Positions 1 to 7,427 of a stretch of DNA of 64,000 bases are shown one piece after another; position 1 is the stretch's first letter, and each line of letters opens with the position of its first letter. The translations under genes were made by a program, and so were the position numbers. The notes beneath the pieces were generated by a model. It was not told the DNA's origin. It made no database searches and saw only the letters and a program-made list of their open reading frames with translations. This stretch comes from an uncultured Actinomycetota bacterium (lineage in GTDB: Bacteria; Actinomycetota; Actinomycetes; Propionibacteriales; Nocardioidaceae), in NCBI GenBank assembly GCA_963837995.1, contig CAWIPS010000010.1, positions 34,285 to 98,284 of the forward strand, written 5' to 3'.

Positions 1-368
1 CCGGCGACGTCCATCCGCAGCTCTGCGAGACCGAACAGCCGAGCGACGAAGGGCTGCACGATGTCGATGCCTTGGATCCGGTCGACCCGGATCCTGCGGG
101 ACTGACGGGAGATGACACCGGTGTCCACACGCAGCTCGTCGGACTCGATCCAGTACTTCGTGCGCAGCCAGGACGTGAACCCGTAGACGCCTCCTGCGAC
201 CAGGATCAGGAGAAGCACCCAGGCGACCGGGCCGAGCCGACCACGCAGCAGGTCGTCCCAGGAGGAGACGAACACAGCAACGAGCAGGATCGCACCGCGC
301 ACCAGCGGAGTGAGCGGTGAGAGCCGTCGGTAGGGGTGCGGGGTCCCTGGCTCGGGGGCCGAGATCAC
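1..368 (-). CDS. PH-domain (bPH_2, YdbT-like) membrane protein, 3' part runs off the window
   Basis: Manual translation from GTG at 368 (GTGA overlap with upstream stop): MISAPEPGTPHPYRRLSPLTPLVRGAILL...WLRTKYWIESDELRVDTGVISRQSRRIRVDRIQGIDIVQPFVARLFGLAELRMDVAG, a typical YdbT pattern; paired with the YdbS-like gene. Confidence 0.8.
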   Translation of the reverse strand, partial: MISAPEPGTPHPYRRLSPLTPLVRGAILLVAVFVSSWDDLLRGRLGPVAWVLLLILVAGGVYGFTSWLRTKYWIESDELRVDTGVISRQSRRIRVDRIQGIDIVQPFVARLFGLAELRMDVA

Positions 369-856
369 AGCCCTGCTGCCTGCGCCTGACCCAGCGACGT
401 CAGCCGGTCCCTCAGCCGGGCCGCCTCGGCCGCCGGCAGGCCAGGTATCCGGGCGCTGGTGCCGGGGCTCGCGGTGTGCAGGTGGACGCTGGCAACCTTG
501 AACGCCTGCTCCAGCGGACCCGCGTGCACGTCGACGTACTGCATGCGCCCGTAGGGCACGACGACGAGGGTGCGGATGAGGGCACCGTGCTTGATGTAGA
601 GGTCCTCGTCGCGCTCGGCGTACCCCCACCATCGTGCGTTCCGGCCGATGACCCACCACCCGAAGACCGTCAGACCCAGCGTCAGGACGACGGCGCCCGT
701 CCAAGACCACACAGGCAGGGAGAACAGCAGCCCGGCCACCACCGCTGCCGCGACGACCACCAGTGCGACTCCGACCAGCTTGGTACGGCGCAGCCGGGCC
801 AGCGCCGGCGACACCGGCTGCCAGTCGCTGCCCGGCGGGGCGAAGAGGTCGTCCAC
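365..856 (-). CDS. PH-domain (bPH_2, YdbS-like) membrane protein
   Basis: Two TM segments followed by YAERDEDLYIKHGALIRTLVVVPYGRMQYVDVHAGPLEQAFKVASVHLHTAS, characteristic of YdbS. Confidence 0.85.
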   Translation of the reverse strand: MDDLFAPPGSDWQPVSPALARLRRTKLVGVALVVVAAAVVAGLLFSLPVWSWTGAVVLTLGLTVFGWWVIGRNARWWGYAERDEDLYIKHGALIRTLVVVPYGRMQYVDVHAGPLEQAFKVASVHLHTASPGTSARIPGLPAAEAARLRDRLTSLGQAQAAGL

Positions 857-1136
857 ACTCGTGAGGCTACGCGCAGCATCCGCAGCGGCTCAGGAGGTCG
901 ACCGCCTGACCTTGGCGAGCTCGTCCAGCACATCGACGTACTGGCGCCCGTGAGCGGGCCTCTTGCCTCCAACAGGGGCATCGGCGCTCCAATGCCATGT
1001 CCGAGCCCTCGGCGTGTGCTCGGAATGTCGACGTCCCGGCCCTGTATGTTGCTGCGGAAGATGGTCATTGATCGAATACGTCAACGTCGATAACTGGACT
1101 CCACGAAAAGCACCATCAGCTCGAAAGGATAATGGG

Positions 1137-2303
1137 GTGACGCTTGATCGCAGCGTCGTTACTCCGCGATCAGGAGTCATCTGGATCAGCGGGTTCTCAG
1201 GATCGGGCAAGACCACCGTTGCCCGCGAGGTAGAGAGTCTCCTTCGCCGTGGAGGCCAGCGAGTGATCCTTCTTGACGGCGACGATCTGCGGAGCATCTT
1301 CGCCGATCGGTGGGGATACGAGAGATCTGAGCGCGTCGAACTCGCCCGAGTCTACTTCCGACTCTGCAGCCACCTGGCCTCTCAGGGCTTCGTCGTAGTT
1401 ATCGCCGCCATCGCGATGTATGACGACGTTCGGGCCTGGGTACATACGAACGTTACTAACAGCACCGAGGTCTTTCTGGATGTTCCGCGTCAAGTCCGCT
1501 TGACGCGCGACGCGGGTACTAAGAAGGTCTACAGCTCCGGAGTTGACCTGGAAGCCATCTATGACCCTTCCGTGAGCCCCGACCTGCGCATAGAGAACTT
1601 CGGGGAGAAGTCGGCCGTCGATACGGCCAACCAGATTGTCGCGTTCTTCCTGGATCAGGATGCCACTGACGAGTCGGACCGGGGCAAGAGCGGCCACTGG
1701 AACACTTACTATGCCATCACAATCGGAGCATTGGACCCATCGCCGTTCGCCATTACCGCGGAGGAGCGAATGCCTGGCGCCTCCGTTGTTCTCGATGTGG
1801 GCTGCGGCAATGGTCGCGACACCTCCTACATCGACAACCGGGGTCACCGGGTCACCGGTCTCGACAGCTCAGCATCCGCCATCGCCCTATGCGAAAAGGT
1901 TCACGAGGCTTCCTCGGCCGACTTCGTCAGCGGGAGTGTGTCCGAATACGTCGACGCATGGACAGATCGGTTCGATGTTCTTTACAGCCGCTTTGTCCTT
2001 CATGCAATGACTGAGTCGGAGGAGCTGGGGCTTTGGCGAGACGCCCGCAAGATTCTCCGTCCGAGCGGGATTGTGATGGTGGAATGCCGGTCGATCAAGG
2101 ATCCTCTTGCACGACAAGGAGAAGTCCTGAGTCCTACTGAGCGAATCGCCGGCCACTACAGACGATTCATCGTCATCGGAGACCTGTGCCGCAGGCTCGA
2201 GGACCGAGGCTTTGTCATTGACTCGGCAACCGAGGCGAACGGTCTGGCCGTGCACGGCGATGAAGATCCTGTGGTCATCCGGGTATTCGCCCACAAGGGA
2301 TGA
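1137..2303 (+). CDS. Adenylyl-sulfate-kinase-like (CysC/PRK05541-type) domain fused to class I SAM-dependent methyltransferase
   Basis: N-domain IWISGFSGSGKTT (P-loop), LLDGDDLR, EVFLDVP...RD; C-domain VLDVGCGNGRD, GLDSS, YSRFVLHA. Start placed at GTG 1137 behind AAGGA rather than ORF-track 963. Confidence 0.85.
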   Translation: MTLDRSVVTPRSGVIWISGFSGSGKTTVAREVESLLRRGGQRVILLDGDDLRSIFADRWGYERSERVELARVYFRLCSHLASQGFVVVIAAIAMYDDVRAWVHTNVTNSTEVFLDVPRQVRLTRDAGTKKVYSSGVDLEAIYDPSVSPDLRIENFGEKSAVDTANQIVAFFLDQDATDESDRGKSGHWNTYYAITIGALDPSPFAITAEERMPGASVVLDVGCGNGRDTSYIDNRGHRVTGLDSSASAIALCEKVHEASSADFVSGSVSEYVDAWTDRFDVLYSRFVLHAMTESEELGLWRDARKILRPSGIVMVECRSIKDPLARQGEVLSPTERIAGHYRRFIVIGDLCRRLEDRGFVIDSATEANGLAVHGDEDPVVIRVFAHKG

Positions 2304-3463
2304 GCACGATGGAGAGCGAGCCAAGCAGTTATCGCGTGGAGGTGGGAGGGCTTGAGCACCTTCGAGGGTACGAGCGCAAGGTCGTGTTCCACGGCGTGAA
2401 TAAGAGCGGCTCCATGGTCATGACCCGGGTGCTCGACAACGCCTACCATAACGCCGGCCGCGGCCACCAGTTCTTCTCGACCTACCTCAAGGTTCCTCGA
2501 GACCACGACCGTCTGCTGGCGCTCATCGACCGCTCGAAGGGACACGCCTTTCTAGGAGCCCATTACCTGTACGGCGCGTTCACGCTCAGGCCCGGAGAGC
2601 ATCTCCTGGCGACTCAGTTCCGCAACCCCCTTCCGAGGGTGCTTTCGTGCTACCAGTGGCTCAAGAACAAGCGTGACGCGGTTGGCGAGCCCTACCCGTC
2701 CTTCGAGGAGTGGGTGCCCAAGACCCGAGGGGTCACCCATTCACAAGTCGAGCAGTTCGCTCTCGGGTTCTCGCCCGAGGGCCGGGCCAAGGTGTCGACC
2801 AGTCATGGGGACGAGCTTCTGGAGCAAGCCATGACGAACATCGAGACGGATGTCTCATGGTTCGGAATAGCTGAGTACTTCGAGGAGAGCGCTTTCGCGA
2901 TGGCCGCCATCTGCGGTCTCCCCACGCTCCCCGCCTGGCAACGGGACGATCGCAACGCCAACCGAGCGCTTGTCGAGGACTGGCCCGCTGGCCGCGTCGA
3001 TCTGGTGCGTGAGGTGTTCCGTTGGGACTTCCTCCTGTACGAGTGGGCGCTGGAACGATTCCGCAACAACCTGTCGCGACTGGAGTTCGGCTCGGACCTC
3101 GAGCGTTACAAGAGTGCGTGCGCCGACCAGTACAAAGATCGGCTCGACCCTGGAGGTCGACCTGTCGACGAGACCGGGATGGACCGAATCGCGGTCCACC
3201 TTGCGCCCGAAGCCTTTGTTCGCTTACGCGCTGAGCACACGGCTCAACAGGCCACGGTGGTGCGCTTGAAAGGTCGGATCCGTGCACTGGAGAAGTCGCA
3301 GGCTGCCAGCGCAGCCTCCGCCGATCGGGCGCAAGAGGCGTTGGCTAGTCTCGCCAAGGGCGAGGAGAATCGACTCTCGCCACCCGGTTCCCACCATTCG
3401 ACGCAGATCTCTCGCTCATGGAGTCGTCGTTTGGTCGGTCGTTTGCGTCGGTTGCTCCAGTAA
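2300..3463 (+). CDS. Sulfotransferase-fold protein (Sulfotransfer_2-like) with C-terminal coiled coil
   Basis: VVFHGVNKSGS (5'-PSB position), FRNPLPRVLSCYQW (3'-PB R-x-P-x-x-R-x-x-S-x-Y), FGIAEYFEES, DFLLYEWALERF; ATGA overlap with the upstream gene. Confidence 0.7.
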   Translation: MSTMESEPSSYRVEVGGLEHLRGYERKVVFHGVNKSGSMVMTRVLDNAYHNAGRGHQFFSTYLKVPRDHDRLLALIDRSKGHAFLGAHYLYGAFTLRPGEHLLATQFRNPLPRVLSCYQWLKNKRDAVGEPYPSFEEWVPKTRGVTHSQVEQFALGFSPEGRAKVSTSHGDELLEQAMTNIETDVSWFGIAEYFEESAFAMAAICGLPTLPAWQRDDRNANRALVEDWPAGRVDLVREVFRWDFLLYEWALERFRNNLSRLEFGSDLERYKSACADQYKDRLDPGGRPVDETGMDRIAVHLAPEAFVRLRAEHTAQQATVVRLKGRIRALEKSQAASAASADRAQEALASLAKGEENRLSPPGSHHSTQISRSWSRRLVGRLRRLLQ

Positions 3464-3605
3464 CCGCTGAAATGATGAATGCGTTTCCTTCCGCAAACCT
3501 TGGGTGAGGCACAGCACTGTCCTGATTGGTGCCTGCGCGGGTCGGGAGGTTCAACCCTGTCGCACGTCCTGGAGAGGCTTCACATGGCGGGACGAGGACG
3601 AGTTG

Positions 3606-6600
3606 CTAACCGAGAACGGTCTGGTGCCAAAGGGACACCGAGTCAGGAGTCAGCATCCTGTTTGCGACGACCCAATCCCTCGACAGCGTTGCGGGGCCGT
3701 GCTCGCGGCGCTCCACGATGACTTCCTCCAAGCGGTCCACCCACTCAGCGATGGTGTCCGCCGTGGTGGCGAGCTCCGGAGGGGGCGATGCGTACGGCCC
3801 CACCGGAGATGCCACCGTTCTCAGTTCCATTGCGCCGTACTCCAAGAGCTTGAGGTCGCTCTTAGCGAGGTTGAAGGTCGTTGCCGCGAGGGGCGCCACT
3901 GCCCCGTCCCAGCGACCGCGATTCTGACGCAGCCACGTGACGAAGGCCGGATACTCGGCACTCGAAGGAACCAAACGCCGCGCCCCCTCGGGGAGATCGA
4001 CGCTCGACACTCCGACGATCTCAAGAACCACTCGCTGTGCGAGACGGTCAGACAGCGCGGCGGGAAGCCCGTCGAGCAACGCCAGATCCTCCCCATGCGT
4101 CTTGCTACCCATGTACAACAGACGTGATTCTGTCGACTTCTGGAGTTTTGGCCCAGTCGTTGGGGTCACCGACGACAGCCACACGCGAGGGTCGAGCTCG
4201 TTTCGAATCTCGACAACGTCGCACTCGGGTCCGTCCAGACTCGAAACGGCTGCGGCAAGTGCCGAAGTACTGACGATGACGCGGTCAGCCTGCCCCAGCA
4301 CTGAACGGAAGGCCTCCAGCCTCTCGCGGTCATAACCTTGACCCAACAGCCGTTCCACCGCAGAGGCAGTGACCAGGTCGTCATCCATTTCGACGACGAG
4401 ACGAGTCTCGCTCTTCTTGACCCGTTCCAGAACGGGACTGGCCAAATGGTCCGGAATCGCATCCCGGATAACGAGCAGGACGTCGACGTCTCTGCAAGCG
4501 CCTGATGCATAGTCCCTGACATCAAGCCTTTCATAGTGTGCGAACGGGGAAGCAAAGCCATAGCGGATTCGCCGATATGCCCTGACGTCGGCTGAGGCAG
4601 GTGGCGCGACGCCCACGGCCTTGTCAAGCACACCCACAGAGACGCTGTCATGGCGTCGCTTGGACCGGACGTACAGACGGTTGTAGTCGTTTCCCATGCT
4701 TCGCAGACTTCGGACCGCATCGACTGGAGCAGCTCCGGTGGCCGAGGAGATCGTGGAAGGGGCACTTGCCAACTCCAGAATTGTTTGCGCAGCTTGCTCG
4801 GGATCGTCGTGCGGAAACGTGATCCCGCCACCGTGATGACGGATTCGGTCGGCCGGTGCCCCGAGGTCTGTGGCGATCACCGGCACGCCCATCGCCCACG
4901 CCTCGCTCACCGTGTGAGCATATGTCTCCGGCCAGATAGAGAATATGCCCACAAGATCGGGGTCGAGCTCGCGCGCGATTGCCGGGAGGTCGAGGCGAAG
5001 GTACTCGCCATGCACGACCGCGAAGTCGACCATGGATTCGCCAGCCGTTCCAAGGACGTGCCACTCGACGTTCGCACCGACGAGGCCCGCGATCTGGCGA
5101 AGCAGGGCCGTCCCTTTGTGCGGGCCCCATACGGCTGGCGCGAGCACCCGAAGCGGACCTGGGAGCCGGTCAGCACGACGCTGCCGGATCAGCTCGAAAC
5201 CGCTCAAGTCTCGTCCGTGCTCGATGATGTCGAGCTTGTCTGCCACGTTTGGGTAAGCGGCGAGCAACGTCTTGGCGGCCGAAGGCGTCGTGGCCACCAC
5301 CCTCTCTGCGGCATTCAAGACTCCCGCCATGCGCGACTGCCAGTCACGAATCCAGCCATTCTTGAGGGGCTGTTCGAACGCGAGTGCTGCTGGGCCGGTA
5401 AGGGTGCAGTTGGTCTGGCCGGGCGTGCAGACACCGCCACAGTAGTTCATCTTCTCGTCTAGCAAAGTCAACGTCGGGCAGACGGGATGGAAGTCATGCG
5501 TCGAGTAGATGAATGGGACAGAGAGGGTCTCACAAACAGTCGCGACAACTGACGTGGGAGTGTGGATCAGGTGGCGGATATGGACCGTTTCGACGTTCCA
5601 CTCTATGAGCACACTGATGAGATACTCGGCATAACGGTCATCCCAGTCGTCTTGTGGAAGGTACGCCGTCTCCGGTTCCCAAGAGTCAATCGAATGGATC
5701 TTTCCGTCCCGGAACTGACCAAGGCTGATGTTGTAGCCCTTGGTGCTCTCGAGAACCAGACTCTCCTGTTCTTCCGTCAGACTCTCCATGAGGTCAACAT
5801 TCGTCTGAGGGGTGCCACCTACCGACCGATGGACGATGTAAAGGCGACGCGGCAGAACCGCGCGCAAGGTCGAAAGCTTCTGCTGAGCACCTCGAGCCTG
5901 CTGACTGATAGATGCGAGTTCAGCGCCCCCCACCCAAGCCCTTACACGGCTCGTGTAGTGCGGCCAACGCGCGTCGACGGCCTGGCGCCCCGACCTGATA
6001 AGGCCTTCGCTCCTACTGCCGAAGGACTGGCTTCGTACGTGTCTGACGAAGACGTGAGGCGCATAGTAGTTCTTGTAGCCGAGGGCATCCGCACGAAGGG
6101 ACCAGTCGTTCTCTTCACCGTATCCTTGCGGGAAGAGCTCCTCGTCGAAGTACCCGACCTGGTTCAAAGCCCTCCGGAGGAGGTAGACGCAGAACCCGTG
6201 GGCCGTGGGAACACATTGAGCCCACACTCGCATGTCTCGCGAGAGTTGCCGACTGATCTCGGCAGAACTGAGCTGTGGCGCCCACTCGTTGGCTCGGCCC
6301 GGCACCGGAAGGGACATCGCGCCTGCATTGTCAGACGTCGGAGTCACCGACGCCACTCTCGGCGAGGAGTACGCAACCCACCGCAGTCGTTCGACGCATA
6401 GCGGGCCAACGACTGTGTCGCTGTTCAAGAGAACAACGTCATCGGCCCCAGCGATTGAGACGCCGTGATTCGCAGTGGCCGTATAGCCCAGATTCTTCTC
6501 GTGTACGACAAGCTCGAAGCCAAACTTCTCGACGCACTGCCGAATGACCGCCTGCGTTGTCACGTCGGTGCTCGCATCGTCAATCACGATCACACGCCAA

Positions 6601-6791
6601 TCCCCGACGTGCTGGCCGAGCGACTCCAGACAGTCCCGGACAGCCGAACCCCCGTTGAAGACTGGCACAATAACCGTTGTGGCCGGCGCGTCGACCAGTT
6701 GACGCATCATGCCCAGGTAGTCAACGCCCTCAGTCGCCGTGACCCCGGCGCACCGTTCGCTGTTGAAGGCGCGATATGGGCCCTCACTCAT
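3606..6791 (-). CDS. Three-domain glycosyltransferase (GT2 + GT4 + GT4-like)
   Basis: GT2: VIVPVFNG, VIVIDDAS, VLLNSDT, GYGEENDW; GT4: SIWPETYAHTVSEAWAMGVPVIATDLGA; third domain: VEMDDDL, FNLAKSDLKLLEYG. Confidence 0.9.
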   Translation of the reverse strand: MSEGPYRAFNSERCAGVTATEGVDYLGMMRQLVDAPATTVIVPVFNGGSAVRDCLESLGQHVGDWRVIVIDDASTDVTTQAVIRQCVEKFGFELVVHEKNLGYTATANHGVSIAGADDVVLLNSDTVVGPLCVERLRWVAYSSPRVASVTPTSDNAGAMSLPVPGRANEWAPQLSSAEISRQLSRDMRVWAQCVPTAHGFCVYLLRRALNQVGYFDEELFPQGYGEENDWSLRADALGYKNYYAPHVFVRHVRSQSFGSRSEGLIRSGRQAVDARWPHYTSRVRAWVGGAELASISQQARGAQQKLSTLRAVLPRRLYIVHRSVGGTPQTNVDLMESLTEEQESLVLESTKGYNISLGQFRDGKIHSIDSWEPETAYLPQDDWDDRYAEYLISVLIEWNVETVHIRHLIHTPTSVVATVCETLSVPFIYSTHDFHPVCPTLTLLDEKMNYCGGVCTPGQTNCTLTGPAALAFEQPLKNGWIRDWQSRMAGVLNAAERVVATTPSAAKTLLAAYPNVADKLDIIEHGRDLSGFELIRQRRADRLPGPLRVLAPAVWGPHKGTALLRQIAGLVGANVEWHVLGTAGESMVDFAVVHGEYLRLDLPAIARELDPDLVGIFSIWPETYAHTVSEAWAMGVPVIATDLGAPADRIRHHGGGITFPHDDPEQAAQTILELASAPSTISSATGAAPVDAVRSLRSMGNDYNRLYVRSKRRHDSVSVGVLDKAVGVAPPASADVRAYRRIRYGFASPFAHYERLDVRDYASGACRDVDVLLVIRDAIPDHLASPVLERVKKSETRLVVEMDDDLVTASAVERLLGQGYDRERLEAFRSVLGQADRVIVSTSALAAAVSSLDGPECDVVEIRNELDPRVWLSSVTPTTGPKLQKSTESRLLYMGSKTHGEDLALLDGLPAALSDRLAQRVVLEIVGVSSVDLPEGARRLVPSSAEYPAFVTWLRQNRGRWDGAVAPLAATTFNLAKSDLKLLEYGAMELRTVASPVGPYASPPPELATTADTIAEWVDRLEEVIVERREHGPATLSRDWVVANRMLTPDSVSLWHQTVLG

Positions 6792-7218
6792 TGGCGTCCC
6801 TGCGGGGCATCAATCTTCCACCGAACCTATCGGCGACATGCAGTGCAGCCCTGACGCTCTTGCGGCTCTCGAGCGCGACCTTCTCCTCCTCGAGGTGGCT
6901 CAACCTGTCGCGCAACCGTCTGACTCGAGCGCGCGCCAGACTGAGTTGGCCCTTTCGCTCAAGCGACCTACGCCCAGCAACTTGCATGCTGCGCCGCAAC
7001 CTGACCTGCTCACGCTGCAGACCTGCGACTCTCTCCCTCAGACTTCGGTTAGCGCGCTTGAGTCGGGCGATGTCACGAGCTAGTTCCGATATGCGAACAG
7101 CACGCTGAGCCGCCACGAGCCTGTACTCGCTGTCGAGCAGGGCCGACCGCTCGAGAATTGTTCGGATGCCCTCAAGTGTGTTTGCCAACTGTGGGCCAGG
7201 CGTTTCCCTCACGTCCAT
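6784..7218 (-). CDS. Small coiled-coil protein, translationally coupled to the three-domain GT
   Basis: 144 aa with heptad-like RISELARDIARLKRANRSLRERVAGLQREQVRLRR...LSHLEEEKVALES; its stop overlaps the GT start region. Confidence 0.55.
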   Translation of the reverse strand: MDVRETPGPQLANTLEGIRTILERSALLDSEYRLVAAQRAVRISELARDIARLKRANRSLRERVAGLQREQVRLRRSMQVAGRRSLERKGQLSLARARVRRLRDRLSHLEEEKVALESRKSVRAALHVADRFGGRLMPRRDANE

Positions 7219-7427
7219 GCATGTCAGTCTGCCACGCGTCGGGTTCCGATTTTCGTTGCGTCGACCTACCTACATCTCGGGCCGGACCACCAGAAGAGAC
7301 CTCCACGCCAAACAGCCGCCGCGGATATTGTCTGACCGGCCAGTTCCAGAGTCGAACTTGAACGAAAGACTGCTCTCGAACGGCGGGCGCTCCCTTGCGA
7401 GGTATGGAAGCTGTCGTTTTCCCAAGC

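Noticed and set aside
963-1136. 58-aa N-terminal extension of the kinase/MTase ORF
   Set aside because: No RBS, Cys/Arg-rich non-protein-like sequence; AAGGA precedes GTG 1137.
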